A DNA stretch of 53,825 nucleotides, the filler included, from Sphacelaria rigidula (taxonomy: Eukaryota), in NCBI GenBank assembly GCA_964200075.2. It is 5 parts of 5 records of this genome, joined end to end, with 100 filler letters (N's around TTAATTAATTAA, not from the genome) between each part and the next. Parts side by side here need not be neighbours in the genome. Positions count along the whole stretch, not along the records: positions 21,571 to 32,255 come from CAXNAA020006082.1; positions 32,356 to 43,040 come from CAXNAA020006083.1; 3 more parts are not named here. One strand, 5' to 3'. The position numbers and the translations under genes were made by a program. The notes beneath the pieces were generated by a model. That model ran no database searches and had not been told where the DNA came from. It saw only the letters and a program-made list of their open reading frames with translations. This document shows, in pieces, positions 24,491 through 36,890 of the stretch (position 1 is its first letter; each line of letters opens with the position of its first letter).

Positions 24491-27293
24491 AGTAGACCCC
24501 CCCCCGGCCCCCCCGGCCCTTTTTGGGGGGATTTCGAAAATTAGTCGCGCCCGTAACTTGTAAACCTGCCTTCGAAGTGCGGGCAACCTGTAATGGGTTT
24601 CAACGTATGCCCTGTCAACGTCTGGAAACGTCTGGCAACCTCACGTTCCCGACCTTGCCCAACAAGGTATGTTGCCGAACATGCGGAACATCCATTCAGG
24701 CAGGTTCCAGGCACCCCAGTGGCCACTACGATGGTACACTTGCCTTGAACATGCCTGCAACCTGTAATGGGTTCCAAAATATACGCTGGCGACGTCGCGT
24801 TTCTGACCCTCCGCGGTAATTTACCTTGCAGAGTGCCATGAGGATCCAGAATGCCACCCTCCAGGCACCCCATTGGCCACCTGTGTACTGTTGGGATTCG
24901 TGTTGTCCCCTCGCGGTAATGCGTCGAAGGGTTAAGGTTTATTAGTACCCTTGGGAAGGTCGTGTTTTATCTTGTTGGCTACGGTGCTTGCGTACGGTAG
25001 CACAGAGTAGGGAGTGGAGTATCCCGCGGGATATATATATATATATTTCCTTCTGGATTTTGCAAACAGTACCGTGCGCGTTACTGTCTGTGATTGGGAG
25101 AGAAGTGATGCTCCGTTTCGACATTCGCATGTAACCTAACGGTGAATGCTTGTTACAGTATTCTGCTTCATGTCTTCGATTGACGTTGAGTGTGATTTCA
25201 TAGAAAGTGTCGCAATTATGATGAGAATTCCACACAAATATCGCGACGAGAGGTTTTGCACTATGATTTATTCACAGTGCGGTTAAGATTTTTTTCAGGG
25301 GCTATCAAACGACTGTTGCTGTAACCGCCCGAGAGAGGGTGTATGTATTTCGAATTGTCACAATAAAATCTTCTTGGGTCTTTGTAGCATGTCATTGTCG
25401 GTGGCCAAATGGCCGCGTGTGTCGTGTCTCCGCCGTCGTTGGATAGTCTTTGCGTGGTCTAAGATCATCTGCGGACTCCGGCTCACTTCAGTATGGACAG
25501 TCAGTGGGAGGGGGTGGGGGGCGACGGGGACGTGGGGAGTCTGCAGTTCGGTTCTGTACGAGTTACACTGGTTACCGTACGACAGTACCTCCCATCTACC
25601 GAACTCAGTGTTCCCGTCCGCACGACGCTCGCACTCATGTCTCCTACGTCTTCCCGCTCCGACGTCGTGGGTTCGGAAATCTTTACGTGGTCTAAGATCA
25701 CTAGTGGTCCGCGGCCTACGACAGCAGGGGGCGGACCAGGATGATTACAGACATTGTTTTTGACAGTACAGTACAGTACAGAACAGATTTGAGCTCTCAC
25801 AGCGCTATCTCATCAACACAGACAAATTGGGCCATTACTCGTACATATATGAATCATCTAGTCAAGGGGGAAATGTTCATCTGCCCAAAAGCCTGGGCCA
25901 TTTTTCATCGTGGGTTCAACACCATGTCGAGCAGTTCCTCTACCGTGCGGCGATAGGGTTCATGCTAAAGTGTATATGAAACCCAGAATGATATATCCAG
26001 CGGATGATGACTTTTTTTGGTGTTAACATTCGAACATTCCCAGGAGCACAGGGGAAGAATTTACCTCCTCTGTCTCATAAGTCTGGGAAGTTATGGGCTT
26101 TCAATCGTCGCCACATTCAAACTCTTCCGATCATTCTACAGTTGGGTTCGTTGGAAAGATGAAGTGCCAACGAAACGGATGCAAACAAAACAAAGATAGT
26201 TGTCCATACTAAAATGACGTCAAAATATCCCCATTTTCGCCCATTTTTGGTCCACGTATACCCCAATATTGATCATTTTTGGACGTTTTTACGTCAAACA
26301 CTAGCGATTACATGCTGAAAATATGTTCGATAGGGTGCGCGTAGGTTAACGCCACGGAGATATCCAAAACCAATGGTTCTTTTGCGACTTTCAAGTGTTT
26401 TTCACGGCTTTTCGCGATTTTTCGTGTTCCCGGATCCCCCATGCTTACTGGGAAAAAGAGCGAAACGTTGCCGTTTTTTGGCCGACCAATTTTTCTCAAC
26501 CACGAGACTGTACGCGTCTAGCACCCACGTTGTAGAAAGAGTGTTGTTTTAGCTGAAAAAACGCCGACGAATGCAATAAAAAAAATCGAAAATGAAATCA
26601 GAAGCCGTTAAGGGCTCGTATCCAGATAACTTCCCAGGCGTATGGGACAGAGGAAGTGTACACTCATCTTCATGGAATTTTTCATTCATTATAAATTCGC
26701 CGCACATGAGATTTCACGCTAGACTTAATATATTACGAGCAGAGGCAATAGATGACTTAATATGGGGTTCGCGTCTCAGTTTGGGGTGTGCTCTGAAATT
26801 TGGTACGGAGAATCGCCTGAGCATCACAAAAAAAAAATCATCTCCTTCAGGTTTTTCTTTCGTAACGATTTTTTCCGTGTCTAAAAGGTGTTTTGTATTA
26901 TTGAAAAACCCATTGTTTTCGATCACTATATCAGTTTCTCAGCTCACTTTTCAGATCTGTAATTTGAAATCGATGTCAGAGAATCGCGAGGACACACTTA
27001 AAAAAGCAACTGCGCCTTCGTTTGTTCATTGGTCAGACATACACGTTTGCCATCTTCTCACGTCTTCGGGGAACACTCTAATTTTACGACTTCACTCCAG
27101 TTTTTACAGTGCCGCAGATGAGTCTCGAGCATCATCACCTGCACGTGGTTACACGCTATGCGCCGACAGTACATAATCGATGTGCTTGAAGCCCAGAGCG
27201 TTACGTACACATCTTCCTTGTGTACGGCAAGATGCAGCACGTATGTGCTCTACTGATATTATTACTTCCTAGATGGACAGTTGATTTTTATCA

Positions 27294-27582
27294 TGTTTTC
27301 GTGCAATTGACAGCAGAGGGATATGACTGAGAGCGAGAAACAGTCCATCGATGAATGCTTAGTTTCAGTTCCAAAATGCCCCTCCACGAGGCCCGATACG
27401 CTTCCTGTAGTAGCTTGCCACTGAAGCCCTAGATAACCCTGAGTAGGGTATCGATGTGTAGCTGTAACCACACCCCGTTGTTACAGGCAAAGAAACCGAC
27501 ACACAATGTATCATTGGTCACGTGGAAGCGAATGATAGACCCCACTCTCAATCAACGCTCTACTCTCAATATCACGAAAACA
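27294..27582. mobile_element. MITE family C, copy 2
   Basis: Ends TGTTTTCGTGCAATTGAC... and CACTCTCAATCAACGCTCTACTCTCAATATCACGAAAACA; shares interior GTAGCTTGCCACTGA...CCCTGAGTAGG. Confidence 0.75.
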
Positions 27583-28034
27583 GTATTTTCTTCGTATTAT
27601 GGTATCGATCGTAATTGGCAACAACGGAGGAAAGCGAAAACTGGCTGTGCGGTATACAGATGATATTCGTGGAGGTTTGGAGGTCATGTGTCTAAAACTG
27701 ATGTCAGCCAATGTGGAGGTCGTGAGACTTCCGGGAGATGGTAGCAACCGTCCAAGGGTGGCAGATGATTTCCCTCGTGTTATGTGAGCAGGGATTGACT
27801 GCAGTCGAGGCTGGTAAGCTGCTTGTTCATGCGGCAACGAATAGGGCAGATGTAAGTCTGAAGAGAGTGATCCCCAGGGCTTGACAGCGGTTCGCTGAAA
27901 CGATTCTTTTTACCTTGGGGTCCCACGTTCGGTTGTACAAATATGGGAGTTTTGGAACGCCCGGCAGTCAAAAATTCATCTGGAACGGCCGTTGACCAGG
28001 TTACACGTCACAAAAACAAATCTCCCCGCACGTA

Positions 28035-28161
28035 CCAATTATCAGGGGATTCTATAAAATGAGGTTGCTAAATGGAATGAGGTTTTTGTTGCATACGGGC
28101 TAGCCTCCTCAAACCTCATTCCATTGATCAACCTCATTTTATATAATCCCTTCTTAATTGG
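28035..28161. repeat. Short hairpin element with ~50-bp inverted arms
   Basis: CCAATTATCAGGGGATTCTATAAAATGAGGTTGCTAAATGGAATGAGGTTT pairs with AAACCTCATTCCATTGATCAACCTCATTTTATATAATCCCTTCTTAATTGG. Confidence 0.85.
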
Positions 28162-30079
28162 CGATCTCCACATAGGGATTGGAACGTGGGACTTGCGAGC
28201 GAAATATCTCTCGGGAGTACAAAGCGTCAGAAGCGCGCTTCAACCATGCAGAAATATCGAGTGCACCTCCATACCGCATATATTTCGTCTGCCAGCGTGA
28301 AGCCTTTGAGATTACTTGTTTGTGGTTATTATAAACGATGTGTGATTAAAGATCGTCTCCATAAAGTAGTATCCGGTGTCCCGGGGATTCAAAGGCTTTT
28401 TGTGCCATCCTCCTCAAGCGAATATGTCCGAAATCATTCGGTCACTGACCAAATTGACCGTGATTGCATGGTGATTTTTCTTGAGAGGTTAGTAAGTCGT
28501 GATCCACTGGCAGCTGTGGATTTCCACCGTGTGGGGAGTCAGGCGGGAAAGCTATTGGGTTTAACCGGAAGTACCCGCTCGTAAGACCATTACGAGGCCT
28601 TTTATTCTATGATGAAATCATAATCTAGCTATACGCTCGCGTGGCTGGTGGTCGAACCCGATAGAGCGAGGTGGGTGAGATTGATTTGTGAACACTATTA
28701 CTCGTCCGAAACATGAATGATCATACCAACTGTTGTCCTGCAGCAAATGTATTGGGGTGCGTCGGTCTCTTCGCCAAGTGAACAATATATTGCGGCATAT
28801 TGGAAGCACTGAAAATTGATCATCCATGTTTATGCTATATGATGCTCAAACTGCCACCTGACCGATGATGGGGCGCAGCGGTCTACTTTTTAATATACGA
28901 CATATGTAGTCACACTCCTTTAGCCGTCTGCAAGACCGACATATTGGAACACTTGTTGTGCGTCCCCTTCCGAATTTTCGTGTTTCCTGGCCGAGAAGAC
29001 TGTGATTTACGATTGCTTCCAATCCTTAGAGTGACTCGAAGGTATGTATCCACGGGCACCCCACTGCAACAGTTCCCCATTTGTTATCCGTGCAGCATAC
29101 TGGGTCCGTCTTTCGAGCGCGCATCCTACTCGTCACGTACACGAAACCTGAAAAGCCAGCAAAGTACTCGTTGCGGGAGGACTGACCATGTCAAAGTGGA
29201 TGGGAGCTCGCCGAATCTACCGCAATAGTGGCGCAGTACTGCTGTTGCTCGTGCTCTCACTGCTGGTGTTGACTTCGACGAGCGGCACGACGTACACAGT
29301 AACACAAACGGATTCAATTCAGGTATCTTAGCATGCGATGGGCCTTTAAACTGCAGGCCACGAGATGTAGCGTAGGATGTATGTATCCGTGGTTGTGGCT
29401 CATACTCTCACTACACGTGTTGACCATGTATAGTTGCACACGTGGCAGATCGGCTCCCCCTCAGAATATTACGAATTATATGACTATGTACTCTAGAGGA
29501 GATATGTCTATTCTTAAATTTATGCTGCGGTGCCCAGATTCTTCTCAAGCATACAGCATGTGAAAGCTCTAGAGTGCAAATATTCCCCGAAGGGCTTTTG
29601 CCACGACGATTGTACCTCGAGGGTACTTCAGAGAAAAAGGTACTGGAGAGGGTGGAGATTACTCGAGAGTGTAAGGTATGTGAAACTTCTAGAGAGGTCA
29701 TATTCCTGTGGAGGGTATCAAGCCCACACAAAATACCTCCAGGTGTATCCGTGAAAGAGATAAAATGGTCAGTGCTCCTTTGTTTCTTAGTAGATTGTTG
29801 CTGCTCTCAGCGTGTGTGATGGGCATTGATGATGGTGCCCCGAATGGTCTCTTGGAGGTGAAGCACAATCTGAATTACGCACATGGATGCGGGATTGGAA
29901 CTATACATGAAAAATCGTTGGCGATGCCAAACGCCTGCAATGCTTCCAGACTGATGACGCCGTATTCTGGGAGACTCGGATAAACTTCTCAACAATGACT
30001 TATCAAAAGATTGAATTTCGAATTTCCTCGTGTTTCATACTTCTTTGTGCCATTTCCAACCTATAATTATTCCATCAGA

Positions 30080-30339
30080 CGAGTGATGCTGCGATAGGGT
30101 CAGCACTTTTACGGCCTGAGAGTAGAATTGTTAGGAACCCTTTATCTCATCCAAAACACGACTTTCGAAATAGGTGAGAGTACGCCAGGGTTTTTCTTCC
30201 AATTTGCTAGGGATATCCCGAATGAATTTGCAAACGGGGATATCCTGACCCATATTCTTGTGTAGTTCCTAATTTTAGGAACCCCTTAATCAGGCCGGTT
30301 TTGGCCCCAAAAGTGCAGACCCTATCGCAGCATCACTCG
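30080..30339. mobile_element. MITE with perfect 22-bp TIRs
   Basis: CGAGTGATGCTGCGATAGGGTC at 30080 and GACCCTATCGCAGCATCACTCG ending at 30339; pairing continues inward as AGCACTTT/AAAGTGCA. Confidence 0.85.
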
Positions 30340-30828
30340 GCAGTCATGAAATGTAATTAACGTGATATTAGAATATTGTTATGCCCGCAAGGGCAGATCC
30401 ATGCAAACTCCTGGGTGCCAGGCGTGCGTGCCCACTCCACGTTCACCCCTTGCAAGACTTCTGGAATCTACGGCACAGTTCTAGCGCCGATACCCTCAGC
30501 GCTTTGATCTTCACTCCCTGCTTCTTAGGACATATTCTTCTCTACTTGCTTCGACTTACCCCGACAGTACCACCTACCGTTTCGGTACACCCGGCGCAGG
30601 CCGATGTTACCGGCAAACACGTGCGGTGCAGTACAGCGACTACTATCGCCATCATCGAGCGATCAGGGGGGTACCCCCCCTCATAAAGTTGGGTACCCCC
30701 CCTCCCCCCTTCTTCCAACCCCATAATGAAGTTTGTGCGGCGAAAGAGGGGGTGATGCACGGATTTCCCGATATGAGGCCCCTCGGTCAATGCGTTGTTC
30801 CCGAGGTCGAAATTCGGGTTTCAACGAT

Positions 30829-31300
30829 GGTCTTCGTAAAATTGAGAGTAGAGGACGCTATTGATAGTGAAAAGCGGCCATGTCGTGAATGAATCGTTTC
30901 AATCCGAAATGCCCCATCACGACGCCCGATACTCTTTCTGGAGTAGCTTGCCACTGAGGCCCTTGATATCCCTGAGTAGGATATCGACATGTGGCTGTAA
31001 GCACACGGCAGTGCTAGAGGCAAAGAGAACGTGTCTCCGGCACGGCGCCTCCAGCGGGCTATCCGGGGGCGTCTCCGGAGGGGCCCCGTCTGCGGGGGGG
31101 GGGGGTGTTCGCCCCCTCTACCGGCGGGGGCTTTTTGGATCGCGGCTGCACCGCTCGCTAACCAAACAATATGTATCATCTAACCGGGTAATGAGTGCGC
31201 TATGCGTAACGATTCAACTGGTTGATGGTTAAACAAACTACTTCCGAGCTCTATCAAATCCACTCTCAATCAACGCTCTACTGTCAATCTCACGAAAACG
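30829..31300. mobile_element. MITE family C, copy 3 with a GC-rich internal insertion
   Basis: Same TIRs and interior as 27294-27582, plus extra GC-rich sequence at about 31035-31160. Confidence 0.75.
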
Positions 31301-32255
31301 TTGTTGTTTGTGGAGCTCAGATTTGTCTGAAACTGTTCCGAAGAGAGAAAACCCAAAACTAAGATCCCCGCATCTTCGTCATGTTCGGGGCGATAAATCA
31401 AATTCCCTCATTTGAGTTCTTACGATATTCGACGCGTTCGAGATGTTCAGCTGCCATGAAAACGTCGTCTTATCTCCCCAGACACCAGTGTCCGGTTCTT
31501 TTGTTTCGCTCCGTCCAGACGTTTAAAGGTAGTTGCCATAGCGTAAGAAGAGTGCACAGGAAGGATTTTCCGTTTCACAACAAACCAGCCCCATGTACTC
31601 GTTTGTGCGTTCTACGTTACTTTTCGGAATCACGTGTTGGCATTTTTTCTTCATTTTATTCTCAACTTTAGAACCGATGCGCCACTTAATGCATCTCTCA
31701 TTGTCGCGAATAATGCGCGCATTATGCACGTCTTAGTCGGCGTCCTCGTTGTGGCTGTTTTCCCTCACTACGCACGCTCTGGCAGAAGGACAAGACGACA
31801 TATTGGGCGTTCGCAGCTTTGATATTCGCATGCGTGTTTGCAAGGACTCGCTCATGTAGTCATGTATTGCGGCGGGTCAGGGTGATAAACCCGGAGAATT
31901 GAAGTATTCGTATAGATTGCTCTGCTTCGCATCGCGCCTCCAATTTTCCTATCTTTTCTTACATTGGAATGGAATGGAAAAGATACAGAACAGACGCCCT
32001 CACCGTGTTTTTCCTTTTCGAAAATATGGAAGCTTTAATCACGGTGAGGTGTGCCTTCTATTATAGTAGTTGAAGTCATGTTCCGCAGTTTCAATTATCT
32101 CAAGCTCAGACAGGAGGTCCTCGTGGGAATAGGGTTGGGCACTGTTAGCTTCAACAGCTCGCTTCACAGGCCATGCCGCGCACGGGAGAAAGCTGCATGA
32201 CGTATGACATTCGTCACAGCACACGTTGCAAGCGTTTTTTGCTGAAAAGATTCAT

Positions 32256-32355
32256 NNNNNNNNNNNNNNNNNNNNNNNNNNNNNNNNNNNNNNNNNNNNT
32301 TAATTAATTAANNNNNNNNNNNNNNNNNNNNNNNNNNNNNNNNNNNNNNNNNNNN
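32256..32355. other. Artificial contig linker
   Basis: Same 100-bp spacer. Confidence 0.98.
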
Positions 32356-32419
32356 GTATGGGATACCCCGGTAAATACCGGGGGTACACTCGGTACGGTA
32401 CCTTACCTACGGTGCCTGT

Positions 32420-32670
32420 GTAATTTTTTACCTGAAGTTGGATCCGGAAATTTGGTATGAACAATCAACAGGGCATGAAAAAAAACTATGTATGCCGGGT
32501 CCCAGGGAGTGTTTTTTTCATGAGTTAAGGGCAATAATCAGTTTTCAGGTTTTAGTAAAATGCCGTTAAATCGCCAAAGACAAGATCTCTGGGACCCGGC
32601 TTGATTTTTTTATATGCCCTGTTGATTTTCCATACCAATTTTGAGTGTCTAACTCTGAGTTAAAAATTTG
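32420..32670. mobile_element. Foldback/MITE-like element
   Basis: Arms TTGGTATGAACAATCAACAGGGCATG...GCCGGGTCCCAG and CTGGGACCCGGC...ATGCCCTGTTGATTTTCCATACCAA. Outer limits approximate. Confidence 0.75.
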
Positions 32671-32786
32671 CGAATTCACCTGTAAACTACAAATCCTCTT
32701 CTAGGCTGGCCCAGCTCGTATAGCAGAGTTTGTTCCGATTATCCCATACTAAGATATATATACATGAAAAAGAAAAACGGGCTGAG

Positions 32787-33984
32787 GGCTACATCTTCAA
32801 GGTCACCTTCGTTCATCTCCGAAGACTGCTGGAGATCTTGTATTTTTTCCACAGCCGACAGGACTGACTGGAGGCGTTGTGTCTGGACTCGGCGAGTATC
32901 GTCTTGTATCGTCCAAAGTGATAGCATAGACAGCAGGGACCGAACGCGAAAACCAACTGAGAGAAATTCAATGTGAAGTGTCATATTTTATGTCATGATC
33001 ACGTCCTGATCGTAACGAGTAGTTGCCACCAGCATATGCCTGTGGGTGTGCAAGCAAACGCTTCAGTCAGAGGCACGCCAGAAATTTTTGCTGAGCAGTC
33101 AACAGTGGATTCTCGAAAATGGGGTTGAAAAAAATTAGGTTCAACTCAAAAGTCCTGCTTTTCCTGACCTAAATCCATGACAAATGACTTTCATATGGAC
33201 GACCTACGACCTCATCCCTCCCGACCTATCCAAAACTATTTGGGGGTATTTCTAGCCTTCCGTTCCCTCCAAGGGTATGTGCGAAAGCCCGATTTTTGGG
33301 CTAAAAAATGTCTTTTTTCCACCCCGAAATCGAGGCAAAAGTGTGCTTTCGCACAAACCCTTGAGGGGCACTGAAGGCTAGAAACCCCCCAAAATAGTTT
33401 CAGGGAGGTCGGGAGGGATGAGGTCGTCCGTATGAAAGACATGTGTCATGATTTTTGGTCAGGGAAAGCACGGCTTTTGCCTCATTTTTATCTTCATCCC
33501 CATTTTCGAGAATCCGCTGCTGGTCGTGGTTTGATATTCTCCTCACCATCCTAGGCCTTACCGCCATCTATCATTTTTTTCTCGCCCACGACGAGTGGAT
33601 GAAGGACGGAACAAGGAGGCGGTTCTCACGATTTCGCACTGTGCGTTGCCACGCCGACGGCGTATCTACTGTTGAGTTGGATACGTACAGCAGAATTCAC
33701 CCCCTCTGTGCCGTCGCCTGCAGGATATCCTGGAGCACCGATTTGCCCACATCCGGGTCGGCATGGGATCACACCGGAACCCCACGAAGGAGAAGACCAC
33801 GTCCGCCGCGCGCAAGGGTGATTTGGCGCGTGCCCCCCACCGGGGAGAACGCTGGAACGCGTCCCGGATGGACCCGAAACGGCGAAACACCGACTTCTTG
33901 GTAGATATGGGTATAACCTCTGCAGCATTGGTATTGCCAACCAATGCCGTCGAGAGGAATATGCAGCGGAGATCCCCGGGGTGA
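32787..33984 (+). pseudogene. Degenerate P-element/THAP9-like transposase, C-terminal catalytic region, intron-containing and MITE-interrupted
   Basis: Spliced reconstruction: GYIFKVTFVHLRRLLEILYFFHSRQD*LEALCLDS | SEARQKFLLSSQ [MITE 33103-33519] WSWFDILLTILGLTAIYHFFLAHDEWMKDGTRRRFSRFRT | DILEHRFAHIRVGMGSHRNPTKEKTTSAARK. The last block matches the P-transposase motif QD.(L/V)E..F..(I/M)R..GG...(N/H)PT that carries the catalytic Glu. Confidence 0.72.
33103..33519. mobile_element. Foldback MITE with ~190-bp inverted arms, inserted in the P-like transposase
   Basis: Ends CAGTGGATTCTCGAAAATGGGG and CCCCATTTTCGAGAATCCGCTG. Arms pair almost to the centre, e.g. ACGACCTCATCCCTCCCGACCT / AGGTCGGGAGGGATGAGGTCGT. 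Confidence 0.88.
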
Positions 33985-34419
33985 GAGTCGCCCGACCATG
34001 CCATAGGACCACGGACAGCGCGTCCGATCCCCGTTGGTTAGCCACAGATTTCGTCGCCCACAGCTGCGGACATCCCATGATGGTGTTGTACAAAGAGTAT
34101 CATCTCCGGCCGCGCGTGTGGTGGCTATTGATTCCTCTGTAGGGGACAGACCCCTCGTACCCGACCCCTCATTGAATGTGGGACGTCTGCGATATACGTG
34201 GTATCTCGGTTAGCGGGGTGATGGTAGCAAGTGGTGGTGGAATGACGCGCGGTCGGCGGGAGTTTGAAATTGGTCAATGGAGAGGCTTTTTTATTCGTTG
34301 GTTTGTCTTCGTGTAATTATACATTTGTTCATCATAGTCCAGCGAACTGTCGACTCGCTCCGGCGTCGACATTTGCATATGTATTTTGCGGCGACCCTCC
34401 GCTAGTATTCGGGGGGTTT

Positions 34420-35960
34420 TATTGGAAAAATGCACATTGCTTTTGGCCCTGACCTCGGCGTCTCAGCACAAACCCAAGAATTACGACTTCTAATCGAGTG
34501 TTGAGATTCGCAGGGGCATAATGCAAACGAAACAAACCAGGCCCAGACTTTGTGTTGGCGAATCCAGCTCGTCCTTGCGAAAACAGATGATCCTTCCGTA
34601 GTAAACGGTCCAAGAAAGTAGAGCAGCAACAAGTTCCATGTCTTCCGTTATGCGCTAGCGATTTTCCACTCCGGGTTTCAGGTCGCAGATGCCCAAGCCG
34701 GGCTGGGAAATGGCCCGCAATATGCTGTGCCAAAATTAAACCGGCCCTGATTCCCACTCATCTGTTATTGCGCCAATGTCGAGGGTTGGACTTCCGAAGC
34801 TGGCCTGGAGAATAAACAAGTTACGATTATAAAAAAAAGGTTTGGTACGTCGAGGTTATTTTTGTCATGAACCTGCCGAGATTTCACTGAAAACTGGTTT
34901 TTGATATTCGCCTCAGATTTTTGCGTTGTACGTTGGAAGTATGTATGGAGAGTTGCCAGGACGTATGCAACTGGCATGTTCAGGTTCTCAAGAACTGTTC
35001 ACTACTGTTTTTGTTTGCATGTGCCAGGGGGTCTTGGTGAAAAATGCACACGTTTTTGATCCCAACCTCAGTATATCAGGTCAGAGTTCATAAATTTATC
35101 TTCAAATCAAGTATTGAGAATTGCATGGGCATATCGAAAACAAAATTAATCAGGGCCCTCTTGGTGTAGGTCATGTCAGCTCGTTCTCGCGGAAAAACAA
35201 AATACCACGCATATACTTATATATCGTAGTAAAACGTCCCTCACTCTTCTCTTCAAAGTAAGCACGAAGATGACAACGTCTCCTCGAGATCGAGAGTAGA
35301 GCGCTGATTGAGAGTGGCTTTGATTATTCGCTGTAACTTAGCCAGTTTTCATTCCGTGTGCGCTTTTCTTTGCCTCTATCACTGGCGTGTGCTTACAGCT
35401 ACATGTCGATATCCTAGTCAGGGATATCAAGCGCCCTACACTGAGCAAGCTTCTACAAAAAGAATATCGGGCCTTGTGGACGGGTATTTCGGAACTGAAA
35501 CGATTCATTCACTTATTGACCGCTTTTCACTCTCAATCGCATGCTCTACTCTCAATCTCACGAAAACATTATTAGATGTCGTTCCTTTTCTTCGTTGTTA
35601 GCTAGCGACTTCCTGCTCCGAATCTCAAATAGCGAGTACCAAAACCGGACCGGTAAATGGCGTGCAATATTACCTTACTAAAATCGACCGGAGCTGATTG
35701 ATGCTAGATTACCCATTCTCGCGTCAAGTTCGAGAGTTGAACTTCCAAAGTTGGCGTGAAGGATGAACAGGACACGATCGCAAAAAGGTCTTGGGGCGTG
35801 AAAATGATTTGTTGTCGATGACCTAAGGACATTTCACTGAAAACTGGCACTTGAAATTTGCCTCATATTTTAACGTGCTTTGGAATATCGAAGGGGAAGT
35901 TGATGTAAAATAATAACCAAAAGGATTGCCCAGGTGATTCAAAAGTTATAATGAACTGTT
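34420..35960. repeat. Diverged tandem duplication of a ~620-bp unit; second unit interrupted by MITE C
   Basis: Shared blocks AAAAATGCACA (about 34426/35040), CAGCTCGT, GCTAGCGA (34653/35601) and ATTTCACTGAAAACTGG (34881/35831). Confidence 0.7.
35277..35568. mobile_element. MITE family C (~290 bp), copy 1
   Basis: TIRs GAGATCGAGAGTAGAGCGCTGATTGAGAGTG / CACTCTCAATCGCATGCTCTACTCTCAATCTC. The interior is the reverse complement of the copies at 27294 and 30829. Confidence 0.8.
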
Positions 35961-36197
35961 GAGTCATGCTACGACAGGGGGGGTGTTCGATGCCACGACA
36001 AAATGGGTTCAGAGGTGCGTCAGACGACCTAACACACTCGCGGTGCGCTTGTATTTGGGTAAAAACGATTTTTAACAGTATTAATGAGCTTTACAAATCG
36101 GAAGCAAGAGCGTTCGAACTACTGTTGCTGCCATCAACGACGATTGCAAGAAGAGCTTCGTGAAAGAAAATGGCCCAAAATACCCCCCCCCACACTG

Positions 36198-36490
36198 GTT
36201 AGACACCCATGAGGCAGTGTAAAAGCTGTGGCTGTCTCTGGAAGTGGCAATGCCATAGAATATACAACTCATTGTTGGCTGTCATCCAAATGCAAGACAA
36301 TCAGTAGGCTTCGGGTCGAACAATTTCAGCAGGATGCAGCTCACTCTTCATGCGACTCGCCAAACACCACGGCGCTTCGCGAGGGGTGGTTTCAGTGCAA
36401 GTCTGGTCCGGCGAAAACCCGGCGTGCTCCGTCCCGGCATTGTAGGGATGCGAGGTCAATGGTCGTATGACTATGACATGCATGATCATG
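36198..36490 (+). repeat. Dispersed repeat family R
   Basis: Collinear with 24195-24490. Confidence 0.85.
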
Positions 36491-36890
36491 TGTATAACCC
36501 CTTCCCCGCGCCCACTTGAGCCTCTTCGCGCATATCTTTATCCCGAGAGGTTTGGAGAGGTAACCTATTATCCGATCGGGATATACTTGACCCAATTTCG
36601 GTCGAATTTGACAACTTTAAATCCGGTTCTTGCCGAAGTCGGTAGATTTTCATTGCCGTTCTATACAGCAGAGATAACTTAACGATGTGGTTTTGGACGA
36701 GGTGTAGCTAGCCTCTGCACATGAAGTCAGCTAAAACGAAGATCGTTGGAACTACTCGCCTTTTGCCCCCGGCTGTTACCTTAATCTTGCCACTGGAAGA
36801 GGGGCGAAACAACGCTATTTTCGAGCTGACTGATTTATTTGATCGTTCAGCCGCATGATGGAAATTATAATCGTAAAAAATATATGAATG

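Noticed and set aside
28340-29990. Copia-like remnants on the minus strand (GVWHRQRF.., FTDTPG, ILLYGDDL)
   Set aside because: The motif resemblances are short and could be chance, and the intervening sequence could not be reconstructed. A tBLASTn or HMM search would be needed.
32739-32984. Minus-strand ORF (QRLQSVLSAVEKIQDLQQ...) as a host exon
   Set aside because: The opposite strand gives the transposase-like block that is collinear with the downstream P-element motifs.
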